Under the pieces are notes generated by a model. The model saw only the letters and a program-made list of their open reading frames with translations, made no database searches and was not told the origin of the DNA. From Acidobacteriota bacterium (GTDB taxonomy: Bacteria; Acidobacteriota; UBA890; WLXD01), in assembly GCA_965248695.1 (NCBI GenBank), contig CBDFKD010000002.1, positions 2,048,001 to 2,112,000 on the forward strand: a stretch of 64,000 nucleotides of DNA. Direction: 5' to 3'. Positions 9,086 through 18,044 of the stretch are shown here, in pieces (position 1 is the first letter of the stretch; the number at the start of each line of letters is the position of its first letter). A program made the translations under genes and the position numbers.

Positions 9086-9967
9086 TCAGCTCAGCCGTGC
9101 AAACTCCTCGACGGCAGAGCCGGTGGCGCCCGACCGAGTACGCGACCGCCGCATGATGAGCGCCGCGACGACCACCGCGAACAGAGTCAGGAACAACAAA
9201 ACGCTGGCCAGCGCGTTGAGCGCCGGCGTAGGGGCCATCCGCGCCGCGCTGTACAACCGCACCGGGATGGTGGCGGATTCAGCTCCGCCGGACAGAAAGG
9301 CGCTGATGACAAAATCGTCGATCGACACCGCGAAGGCAATCATCAGGCTGGCAAAGATCGCCGGCGCCATGAGCGGCAGCAAGACCATGCGAGCCGCCTG
9401 CACCGGCGTCGCGCCCAGGTCCATCGCCGCTTCCTCGTAGTCGCGCCCGATCGCGAACAGCCGCCCGCGCACGACAATCACCACGTAGGAGATCGTAAAC
9501 GTGACGTGCCCGATGAGCTGCGCCCAAGTACCGAGTTGGATGAACGGGAACATATAGATGAAGACCATGAACAGGGACACGCCCATGACCAGCTCGGGGG
9601 TGGCCATCGGCAACAGCAGCAGGAAGTTGGCTGGCTTGGAGCCACGACCGCGCCAGCGAGCCAGCCCAAGTGCCAGGGCCACGCCCAGCGGTGTCGCCAC
9701 CAGCATTGTCAAACCCGCGAGCTTGAGGCTCTGCGTCAAGGCGGCCATCAGCGAGGCGTCGGTCCACACCGACAAGGTCGGATGAGTGAAGTACCACTGC
9801 AACGAGAAGCCCTGCCAGACACTCCTGGACCGTCCGTCATTGAAACCGAATTGAACCGCAATGATCACCGGTAACAGCGACCAGGCAATGTAGCTGCAAA
9901 CAAACAGTTGCAACAGTCGGGGTTGGCCCCAGGGATCACGCCACCATCGAATGATCCGCTCGATCAT
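9086..9967 (-). CDS. potC: Polyamine-type ABC transporter permease (PotC-like)
   Basis: GFSLQWY, EEAAMDLGA (EAA loop), SIDDFVIS; multiple TM helices; overlaps the stop of the upstream permease. Confidence 0.88.
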   Translation of the reverse strand: MIERIIRWWRDPWGQPRLLQLFVCSYIAWSLLPVIIAVQFGFNDGRSRSVWQGFSLQWYFTHPTLSVWTDASLMAALTQSLKLAGLTMLVATPLGVALALGLARWRGRGSKPANFLLLLPMATPELVMGVSLFMVFIYMFPFIQLGTWAQLIGHVTFTISYVVIVVRGRLFAIGRDYEEAAMDLGATPVQAARMVLLPLMAPAIFASLMIAFAVSIDDFVISAFLSGGAESATIPVRLYSAARMAPTPALNALASVLLFLTLFAVVVAALIMRRSRTRSGATGSAVEEFARLS

Positions 9968-10875
9968 CGTCGGTTTTCTCGAGCAGCGCCCATGACTGTC
10001 ATCATGTAGTAAGCCATGAGCAGCGCAATGAACGCCATCAGTACGACAGTCAGGGCTGCCCCCGTCGACCCACCGACGCCACTGTTGATGAACAAGTCGA
10101 TTTCATTGCCGATCATTCGGGTACGCGGTGAGCCCGACAGCAAGTTCGGCGTGTAGTAGTCACCGAACAACGGCAACATGATGATCACCACGCCGGCAAG
10201 CACGCCGTGCTTGGACAGCGGCAACGTCACTCGGAAGAACGTGCGCACCGGTCCGGCGCCGAGGTCTCGCGCCGCCTCGAGGACGCTGTCGTCAATCTGA
10301 TCGAGGGCCGCGAACAGCGGCAAGATCAGAAACGGTACGTAGCCGTAAACGAGGCCGAGAATCACCGTCTCGTGATGACCGATCAGCCAGGCACGGGGGA
10401 CATCCAGCACGTTGATGAACATCAGGAACCTGTTTACGTAGCCGTCGACCGCCAGCAGGTTCTGCCAGGCCATCATTCGCATCAGGTAGTTAATCCAGAA
10501 CGGGGCAACGATCAGACCAAGCAACAGGCCGCGCCAGCGGCCGGCGTGACGGGCAAGGTAGTAGGCAACCGGATAGCCGATGAGCAGACACAGCGTCGCC
10601 GCGGCGCCCACGTAGAACAGTGTGCGAGCGAAGATCGCGCCCAGACGGCCGCCGAACAGCTCCTTTAGAACCTCGGCAAAGATGGCGGGATTCCAGAGGA
10701 CCGGATTCCAGACCGGCTCGGCGGTGGTAAACACCGGGTGCAAGCGTCCCATCGCCACGGACAGCAGCGTGTAGAACGGCGCGACGTAAAAGACCACGAG
10801 CCAGACGATCCCGGGAGCGGCAAGCGCTCGCCACAACCAGGTTCGATTGCGCCGCGCCTCGCGGCTTCTAACCAC
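9964..10875 (-). CDS. potB: Polyamine-type ABC transporter permease (PotB-like)
   Basis: LLIGYPVAYYL, PFWINYLMR, LEAARDLGA, GDYYTPNLL. Confidence 0.88.
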   Translation of the reverse strand: MVRSREARRNRTWLWRALAAPGIVWLVVFYVAPFYTLLSVAMGRLHPVFTTAEPVWNPVLWNPAIFAEVLKELFGGRLGAIFARTLFYVGAAATLCLLIGYPVAYYLARHAGRWRGLLLGLIVAPFWINYLMRMMAWQNLLAVDGYVNRFLMFINVLDVPRAWLIGHHETVILGLVYGYVPFLILPLFAALDQIDDSVLEAARDLGAGPVRTFFRVTLPLSKHGVLAGVVIIMLPLFGDYYTPNLLSGSPRTRMIGNEIDLFINSGVGGSTGAALTVVLMAFIALLMAYYMMTVMGAARENRR

Positions 10876-12133
10876 CCGACTGAACCGACGCCCAGACCCG
10901 CATCCACTCCATCTCTACTTCCGGCGGGAGCTGCACCGGCACTTGCCCAATGCTGAAGTCCGCTTCAGTCGTGATCGTAGAAGCGAGGTTCGGTGGAACA
11001 TGTCCCTCGGACACGAACGACTCTGGATTCAACGTCGTCAGTGGTGGCGGATTACCAATCCAAGCGAAATTGTTCAGCGCATTCTCGGCTTCCATCATGA
11101 AATTGATGAAATGATGCGCCAGCACCGGGTGCTCGGCGTTGCGCGGGATGGCGAACGCCTCAACTTGAACCATGCCGCCTGCCTCTGAGCGCTCGGAGCG
11201 TGGCGGCCAGAAATAGCGCATCACCGACGCGTCCTCGCCCTGGGGAAAGTAAGCCCGCGCCTGAACCACGTCGCCCGACCACGCATGGTGAATCGCAAAG
11301 CCGCGTTCCGCGATCTTCGCGTACGCGCCGTCGATCGTGAAGCGAACGTTGATCAAATCGATGAGCTCGAGCAACGCGCGGCGTGATCTGTCGAGCAGCA
11401 CTGGATCCGCCGTGTTGATCTCGTTGCTTCCGGTGGCGTAAAGCCCGAGAGCGATGGTCTCCTTGAAATCGTCGTACAGGCCGGCAACTCCGTAGTATTC
11501 GGGATCCCAGAACACGCGCCAGGGGTTGGTCATCGCCTCCAGATTCGGGGAGACCATGTCTTCCCGCCATGTGATACCCGTCTGGTAAACGCCGTAGGGA
11601 ACCGTGTAGCGAGACCCCTGATCGTAGAAGGGGTTGGCCAGGCTCGGCCACACATCGGCGAGATTGGGCAAGTAGTCGTGATTGAGCGGCTGCAACAGCC
11701 GGCCTGCGATGCATTTGGGTACCTGCTCGGCGGGCGGGAAGTACACGTCGAAACGACCCGCGTTGGTACGCAGCTTCCGGATCGCTTCCTCGTTGTTGTA
11801 GAAGCTCGTGTACTCCCAGTCGACACCGTAGCGCTCCGAGAAGGCGTTCAGGACCGGGATGTGGACGTAGTCGGCCCAGTTGAAAATCCGCAACGGGCCC
11901 GCTTCGATATCCAGGCGGCTGTCGATCGGCGGGTTGTCGTCGAACAGCGGATGCTGAACCGGGTTCTCCGGGGTGCCGATCAGGATGCGCCGCCGAGCAT
12001 CAGTGGGGAGGCCAGCGTTATCGCCGCAGCCGGCCAGACCGGCGCCGAGTCCGGCCGCACCGACCATCCGCAGCAACTCTCGACGGTTGAGAGCACCGCG
12101 GCGCCAAGCAGGATCGCGAGGGTGAAAGACCAT
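10868..12133 (-). CDS. potD: Polyamine-type ABC substrate-binding protein (PotD/PotF-like) with Tat-lipoprotein signal
   Basis: LNRRELLR twin-arginine motif, LAGC lipobox, IFNWADY, YTVPY, AWSGD, AHHFINFM; exact start uncertain (12133-12169). Confidence 0.85.
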   Translation of the reverse strand: MVFHPRDPAWRRGALNRRELLRMVGAAGLGAGLAGCGDNAGLPTDARRRILIGTPENPVQHPLFDDNPPIDSRLDIEAGPLRIFNWADYVHIPVLNAFSERYGVDWEYTSFYNNEEAIRKLRTNAGRFDVYFPPAEQVPKCIAGRLLQPLNHDYLPNLADVWPSLANPFYDQGSRYTVPYGVYQTGITWREDMVSPNLEAMTNPWRVFWDPEYYGVAGLYDDFKETIALGLYATGSNEINTADPVLLDRSRRALLELIDLINVRFTIDGAYAKIAERGFAIHHAWSGDVVQARAYFPQGEDASVMRYFWPPRSERSEAGGMVQVEAFAIPRNAEHPVLAHHFINFMMEAENALNNFAWIGNPPPLTTLNPESFVSEGHVPPNLASTITTEADFSIGQVPVQLPPEVEMEWMRVWASVQSGG

Positions 12134-12225
12134 CGAGGCAGACTCGCCGACACCGCCCATCGAATGCAAGTCAAGGCGGACTATCCTGCCCTCCTCGAAC
12201 GGTGGCGCCGCGGCGGGCGGGGGGT

Positions 12226-12861
12226 TCAGACCGGCACGGGCTCCAACACCGGCACCGCAAAACCAAGGGACTCCGACGCCATGCGCACACAGATCCGGCG
12301 GGCGCGCACGTAATCGGCCTCCGGATCCCCGAGGACCTGTTGCACCGCGATGCCATCCAGAAGCGAGGCGAGGTGCATGGCGAAGTCCTCGACATCGACC
12401 GCCACGAACTCCCCGGTCGACTGGCCCTCACGGACGATGTCAGCAATGGTGGCCCGCCAACGCCGGTCACCCGCGGTCCGCTTCTTTGCGGCAGCGTCGT
12501 CGCGCAGGGCGCGGGACCACAACTCGATCCAGAGCGCGGAATCGTCTCGCAGCACCGGCGCCATCTTCTCGTGACCGCAGCTGAGCTCGATGAGCCGTAC
12601 GAGCTTCTCGCTGGCGGTTTCCAGCGTGGTGAGCTCCGCAAAGATCGTCAGGTAAAAGCGATCCTCGGCGTGCGCCAGCGCTTCGGTCAGCAGTCGGTCT
12701 TTGGACTCGAAGTAGTAGAGCACCAGGGCGGCGCTTGTTCCGGTGCGCTCGGCAACGTCGGCAATTCGCGCTTTGCAGACGCCGCGCTCAACAATCGTCT
12801 CCACCGCGGCCTCGAGGATCTCCTGGCGCCGCTTGCGGCTGATCTTGGGTCGTGGAGCCAT
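12226..12861 (-). CDS. TetR family transcriptional regulator, BetI-type C-terminal domain
   Basis: RRQEILEAA..IADVAERTGTSAALVLYYFESKDRLL HTH; LWIELWSRALRD; LASLLDGIAVQ. Confidence 0.9.
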   Translation of the reverse strand: MAPRPKISRKRRQEILEAAVETIVERGVCKARIADVAERTGTSAALVLYYFESKDRLLTEALAHAEDRFYLTIFAELTTLETASEKLVRLIELSCGHEKMAPVLRDDSALWIELWSRALRDDAAAKKRTAGDRRWRATIADIVREGQSTGEFVAVDVEDFAMHLASLLDGIAVQQVLGDPEADYVRARRICVRMASESLGFAVPVLEPVPV

Positions 12862-12879
12862 ACCCTAAGCGAGCGTTAC

Positions 12880-12893
12880 TGAACAGTTGTTCA
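12880..12893. promoter_or_regulatory. Palindromic operator TGAAC-AGTT-GTTCA 18 bp upstream of tetR; weaker site TGAAT-GGCC-GATCA at 12979-12992
   Basis: Same 5-4-5 palindrome as 6301 and 6432, in the typical autoregulatory position. Confidence 0.7.
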
Positions 12894-13074
12894 AGATGTG
12901 GATGTGCTGCCGATGCCGTGATTCTAGACCATGCCAGCCTTTCCTTCCGGAGTTGCGCGAGATATCGTCTGCGGCGGCTGAATGGCCGATCAGCTTTCGG
13001 AGATCCAGGACCCAGGAATCTGGGCAGGTCGCGTCGCATTCGATCGCGCGACGGCCCCACGGTGGTTTCGAGCA

Positions 13075-15201
13075 ATGCCGGATACCGTCACCCTGCAATC
13101 GCGCTTGGCTCCCCTGCTTGCGGCACGATCCGTGGCGATCGTCGGTGCCAGCCAGCGGCCGGGATCCACCGGCCACACCATCGTTGCCGAGCTGAAAGTA
13201 GGCGGCTTCCAGGGCCCGATCTATCCGATCAACCCGGGCTACGACGAAGTTCAGGGTCTCGAGTGTTTCGCGTCACTCGATCAGCTCCCCGAGAGCGTCG
13301 ACCTGGTGATCCTCGGGGTCAAGAACTCGCTGCTCGAGAGCCAGCTACAGCTGGCGGCGGAGTACGACGCGCGCGCGGCGGTGATCTTCGCCAGCTGCTA
13401 CGAGGAGCCGCAGGACGGCGTGCCGTCACTCGCCAAACGGCTGGCCGACATTGCCAAATCGCATGGGATGCCCGTCTGTGGCGGTAACGGCATGGGGTTC
13501 TTCAACCTGGAGAACGGCCTCCGCGCCCTCGCCTACCCCGAGCTCGCCGATCTGAAGCTCGGGCCGATCACCTGGCTGAGTCATTCCGGATCGGCATACA
13601 CGGCGATGACCCACAACCAGCGCGGGCTGAAGTTCAACCTCGCGATCTCCGCCGGCATGGAGCTCGCCACCACCGTTTCCGACTACATGAAGTACGCGCT
13701 CGAGCTCGAGTCGACCGGCGCGATCGCGATATTCCTCGAGACGGTTCGCGATCCGGCGGGATTCCGGGAAGCGCTCGAGCTAGCCAACGCCCGGGACGTT
13801 CCGGTGGTCGTGCTGAAGACGGGACGCGAGGCACTGGCTCGGGAGCTGGTGGTAGCGCACTCCGGTGGGCTCGCCGGAGAGGACGGTGCCTACGAGGCAG
13901 TGTTTCGTGAATACTGCGTGACCCGGGTCGCCACCTTGAGCGAGATGGTCGACACGTTGGAGCTCTTGTGCGCGGGCCGCCGAGCCCACCCCGGCGGACT
14001 GGCGGCAATCCACGACTCGGGCGGCGAGCGCGCTCACCTGATCGACGTCGCGGCCGAGGTCGGCGTGCCGCTGGCACAGATCTCCGAGGCCACCGTGAGT
14101 CGCCTGGCTGCGACCCTCGATCCGGGCTTGCCTGCCGTCAACCCTGTCGACGCATGGGGCACAGGCGCCAACTACGAGGAGATCTTCAGCGAATGCATGC
14201 GCGCCCTGCTCGCAGACTCCGATACCGCCGCCCTCGGTTTCGTCGTTGACCTCGCCGACTACATTCACGACCCGGGCCAAGGCTACGACTTCATGGCGGC
14301 AGAGATCTTCCAGGGAACCGACAAGCCGGTTGCCGTCTTGAGCAACATGCCAGCCTCCATCCCGCAGGACTCGGCGACGCTGATCCGAGCCGCCGGTGTA
14401 CCGCTTCTCGAGGGGACCGATACCGGACTGGCGGCTTTTCGGGCGCTCTTCGAGCGCCGCGACTTCGCGGCACTTCCCCCCTTTGCTACACCCGATCCGG
14501 TCGCGGCCGATGTGCGCGGACGCTGGCGTCGGCGGCTCGGCAACACGGCGCCCTGGGGCGAGCGGGAGGGGCTGGCGCTACTGAGCGACTACGGCATTCC
14601 CGTTGCCGAGACCGAGACCGCATGCGGCGCCGAAGCGGCGCTGGCGGCAGCGGAGCGACTCGGGTGGCCGGTGGTGCTGAAGACGGCCGCTCCCGACATG
14701 GCTCACAAGTCAGACGTAGGCGGGGTTATCACGGGGCTCGATTCCGCCCCGGCGTTCGGGCGCGCGTGCGACGAGCTCATCGAGCGTCTGGGGCCCGATG
14801 TTCTAGTGCAGAGGATGGCGCGGGTTGGCGTAGAGCTGGCACTCGGAATCGTCCGCGACGCCCAGTTCGGCCCGTTGGTCATGGTGGCTAGCGGCGGCGT
14901 GCTGGTGGAGATTGTGCACGATCGGGCTTTCGCGTTGCCGCCGCTGGATGCAGCTCGCGCTGCACGCCTGCTGGACGGCCTGACGGCCCGCCGGCTGTTG
15001 GCAGGTGTCCGCGGCGCGGCGCCGGCGGATACCGACGCGGTCGTCGATGCGATGGTTCGGCTTTCGGTGCTCGCCGCGGATCTCGGCGACCTCGTCGATG
15101 GACTCGATATCAATCCGCTGATCGCCGGCCCCGATGGCTGCGTAGCGGTCGACGCCCTCGTTGTACCGCGAAGCGACGGGGGCTTGAAGGGACAGGATTA
15201 G
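13075..15201 (+). CDS. ADP-forming acyl-CoA synthetase (acetate-CoA ligase family, fused alpha/beta)
   Basis: SVAIVGAS, GGNGMG, SHSGS, phospho-His AHSGGLAG, NPVDAWG, HKSDVGGV, LDINPL ATP-grasp; start ATG 13075 (alternative 12982). Confidence 0.88.
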   Translation: MPDTVTLQSRLAPLLAARSVAIVGASQRPGSTGHTIVAELKVGGFQGPIYPINPGYDEVQGLECFASLDQLPESVDLVILGVKNSLLESQLQLAAEYDARAAVIFASCYEEPQDGVPSLAKRLADIAKSHGMPVCGGNGMGFFNLENGLRALAYPELADLKLGPITWLSHSGSAYTAMTHNQRGLKFNLAISAGMELATTVSDYMKYALELESTGAIAIFLETVRDPAGFREALELANARDVPVVVLKTGREALARELVVAHSGGLAGEDGAYEAVFREYCVTRVATLSEMVDTLELLCAGRRAHPGGLAAIHDSGGERAHLIDVAAEVGVPLAQISEATVSRLAATLDPGLPAVNPVDAWGTGANYEEIFSECMRALLADSDTAALGFVVDLADYIHDPGQGYDFMAAEIFQGTDKPVAVLSNMPASIPQDSATLIRAAGVPLLEGTDTGLAAFRALFERRDFAALPPFATPDPVAADVRGRWRRRLGNTAPWGEREGLALLSDYGIPVAETETACGAEAALAAAERLGWPVVLKTAAPDMAHKSDVGGVITGLDSAPAFGRACDELIERLGPDVLVQRMARVGVELALGIVRDAQFGPLVMVASGGVLVEIVHDRAFALPPLDAARAARLLDGLTARRLLAGVRGAAPADTDAVVDAMVRLSVLAADLGDLVDGLDINPLIAGPDGCVAVDALVVPRSDGGLKGQD

Positions 15202-15261
15202 GCGCCGCTCTGTGGCCCGCGTCGGGCCGCTCGCACGCCATGAGGAACCGGGAGGGAAACG

Positions 15262-16446
15262 ATGCAACCGACGCCGTTTCATTCGAGAACCGCGCCACTT
15301 TGCGCTAGCAACAGCTGGGTCGAGTGGGCCGGCTACCAGTCGGCGACCATGTACGAGCTCGAGCACACACACGAGTACCATGCGGTGCGCATGGCGGCGG
15401 CACTGTTCGACGTCTCGCCGCTGCACAAGTTCCACATTCAGGGGCCCTATGCCACGCGGTTGCTCGATCGTGTCTTGACGCGCGATGTCACCAGGTGCGC
15501 CGTTGGGCAGGTGATGTGCTCGGCCTGGTGCGATGACGCCGGGTACATCATCGACGACGGCGCGCTGGCGCGGCTGGAGGACAACCTCTACCGACTGACG
15601 ACTGCGGACCCCAGCCTCGCGTGGCTGGAGGACAACGGCTACGGCATGGACGTCGAGGTCCAGGACGTCTCCGAGTCGTTCGCCGCGCTGGCGCTCCAGG
15701 GCCCGACGTCGCGCGACCTGTTGCAGGCAGCCACGCGCGACGACATCTCCTCGCTCGGCTACTTCCGCGCTGCCGAGACCCGGATCGACAACGCCCGCGT
15801 GACGGTGACCCGCACCGGCTACACCGGCGACCTCGGCTACGAGGTATGGATCGCCCCCGACGACGCCGAAACGGTGTGGGACGTCCTCATTCACCACGGC
15901 AGCAGCTACGGGATGAAACCCGCCGGAACCATGGCGCTCGAAATGGCGCGCATCGAGGCCGGTCTGTTGCTCGCAGAAGTCGACTTCATCTCCAGTCGCA
16001 GGACGATCTTCGACGTGCAGAAGTCGACCCCGACAGAGCTCGGCCTCGGCTGGATGGTCCACCTCGACAAGCCCTTCTTCGTCGGCCAGGCGGCGCTGAA
16101 GGATGAACGAGCCCGTGGCCTGGCGTGGAACACCGTCGGCCTGGACGTCGACGTCATGGCCCTCGACGCCATCTATGCGGAATTCGGCATGCCCCTGCAG
16201 CTACCTTGGGAGGCCTGGAGCGAGGCGGTGCCGGTGTATATCGGTGGCAAGCAGGTGGGCAAGGCCACCAGCGGGATGTGGTCGCCCACCCTCAAGAAGT
16301 ACATCGCGCTGGCCCGGGTCCCGCCGCAGCACGCAGCGCTCGGCAGCGCTCTGGACATCGAGATGACGGTCGAGGCGGTGCGTCGAACGGTTCCGGCGAA
16401 GGTTGTCAAGACGCCGTTCTTCAATCCGGCGAGGAAACGGTCATGA
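15262..16446 (+). CDS. GcvT/aminomethyltransferase-family folate-binding protein (stand-alone)
   Basis: EYHAVR..AALFDVSPL, IIDDG, ALQGPTSR, RTGYTGDLGYEVW, ARIEAGL, PFFNP; no gcvH/gcvP nearby. Confidence 0.88.
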   Translation: MQPTPFHSRTAPLCASNSWVEWAGYQSATMYELEHTHEYHAVRMAAALFDVSPLHKFHIQGPYATRLLDRVLTRDVTRCAVGQVMCSAWCDDAGYIIDDGALARLEDNLYRLTTADPSLAWLEDNGYGMDVEVQDVSESFAALALQGPTSRDLLQAATRDDISSLGYFRAAETRIDNARVTVTRTGYTGDLGYEVWIAPDDAETVWDVLIHHGSSYGMKPAGTMALEMARIEAGLLLAEVDFISSRRTIFDVQKSTPTELGLGWMVHLDKPFFVGQAALKDERARGLAWNTVGLDVDVMALDAIYAEFGMPLQLPWEAWSEAVPVYIGGKQVGKATSGMWSPTLKKYIALARVPPQHAALGSALDIEMTVEAVRRTVPAKVVKTPFFNPARKRS

Positions 16447-18044
16447 GCGCCGCCGTTCATGGCACGACCAAGTACGACGCCATCGTCGTTGGCGGTGGAC
16501 ACAACGGCTTGACCACGGCCGCCTATCTGGCCAAGGCGGGGCGCAAGGTGCTGGTGCTCGAGCGCCGCCACATCCTCGGCGGCGCGGCGGTGAGCGAAGA
16601 GGTGTTCCCCGGCTTTACTTTCACCGTCTGTTCGTACGTCGTGAGCCTGCTGCGACCGGAAGTCATCCGCGAACTCGACCTCCCCAAGCACGGCCTACAG
16701 GTCATCCCGCTGACCGGGGCGTTCACGCCCATGGAGGATGGCAACTACATCGCCTTCTGGCCCGACGCATTCAGCACGCGCGAGGAGATCAAGCGGCACT
16801 CGGTACGCGACGCCGACCGGTACGAAGAGTTCAACCAGCTGATGTACGAGATGGCCTACGCGGTGAAGCCGATTCTCGGCATGGTGCCGCCCGACCTGGT
16901 ATCGCCGAGCCTGCGCGATATCAACACCTTGCGTGAGCTGTCCCGGCACATGAAGGGACTCGGCAAGCGCAAGTTCCACTACCTCCACAAGATCATGACG
17001 ATGAGCGCGGCCGACTTCCTCGCCGAGTTCTTCGAGACCGACGTCATGAAGGCCGCGATGTCGATCAGCGGCATCATCGGCACCATGCTGGGTCCCTGCT
17101 CGCCGGGCACCGCCTACGTGCTGCTGCACCACTACATGGGCGAGCTCGACGGTGCTTTCACCGCCTGGGGCTCCCAAAAGGGAGGCACCGGGGGAGTGAG
17201 CGAGGCGCTGGCCAGCGCCGCCCGCGGTCACGGCGCCGAGACGCGCTGCAGTGCCACGGTCGAGAAAGTGATCGTCGAGAACGGACGCGCGATCGGCGTG
17301 GCACTCGAGAGTGGCGAGGAGATTCGTGCCGACGTGGTGGTCTCCGGGTGCGACCCCAAGGTCACGTTCCTGAAGCTGCTCGATCGCAAAGACCTCCCCG
17401 CCGACCTCGTCGAGTCGATCGAGCGGTTCAAGTTCCGGGGCTCGTCGGGAAAGGTCAACCTGGCGCTCGACGGGCTACCGGTTTTCTCCGCCGCTCCCGA
17501 TCCCACCTACCTGCACGGCATCGGCATGGTGGAGATCGCGCCTAGCCTCGCCTACATGGAAAAAGCGTACGACGAGGCCAAGTACGGCGGCTTCTCGAGC
17601 CGGCCGTACATGGATGTCGTCGTTCCGACCGCCGTCGACCCGTCGATGGCGCCGCCGGGCAAGCACGTCATGTCGATCTTCGTGCAGTACGCCAACTACG
17701 AGCTCGAGAACAGCACTTGGGGGGACGAGCGCGAGAACTTCGGTGACGCGGTCATCGACACGCTGGCCGAGTTCTCGCCCAACCTCAAGGACATGATCCT
17801 GCACCGCCAGGTGCTCTCACCGTGGGATATCGAGAAGGAGTTCGCGCTCACCACCGGCAACATCTTCCAGGGCGAGCTCACCCTCGATCAGCTGTTCTTC
17901 CTGCGACCCGCCGCAGGCTGGGCGCAGCACCGAACACCGATCCGTAACTACTACCAGTGCGGTTCAGGCACCCATCCCGGAGGTGGGATCACGGGCGGCC
18001 CCGGCCGACTCGCGGCACTCGAAATTCTCCGGGGGACAAGCTGA
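16443..18044 (+). CDS. Phytoene dehydrogenase-like FAD/NAD(P) oxidoreductase (COG1233/PYROXD2-like), subunit 1
   Basis: YDAIVVGGGHNGLTTAAYLA, PGTAYVLLHHYMGE, GNIFQGELTLDQLFFLRP, CGSGTHPGGG; ATGA overlap with the GcvT-like stop. Confidence 0.88.
   Translation: MSAAVHGTTKYDAIVVGGGHNGLTTAAYLAKAGRKVLVLERRHILGGAAVSEEVFPGFTFTVCSYVVSLLRPEVIRELDLPKHGLQVIPLTGAFTPMEDGNYIAFWPDAFSTREEIKRHSVRDADRYEEFNQLMYEMAYAVKPILGMVPPDLVSPSLRDINTLRELSRHMKGLGKRKFHYLHKIMTMSAADFLAEFFETDVMKAAMSISGIIGTMLGPCSPGTAYVLLHHYMGELDGAFTAWGSQKGGTGGVSEALASAARGHGAETRCSATVEKVIVENGRAIGVALESGEEIRADVVVSGCDPKVTFLKLLDRKDLPADLVESIERFKFRGSSGKVNLALDGLPVFSAAPDPTYLHGIGMVEIAPSLAYMEKAYDEAKYGGFSSRPYMDVVVPTAVDPSMAPPGKHVMSIFVQYANYELENSTWGDERENFGDAVIDTLAEFSPNLKDMILHRQVLSPWDIEKEFALTTGNIFQGELTLDQLFFLRPAAGWAQHRTPIRNYYQCGSGTHPGGGITGGPGRLAALEILRGTS

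Noticed and set aside
15262-16446. gcvT (glycine cleavage) or dmdA assignment
   Set aside because: No gcvH/gcvP is adjacent and family membership alone cannot establish DMSP specificity.
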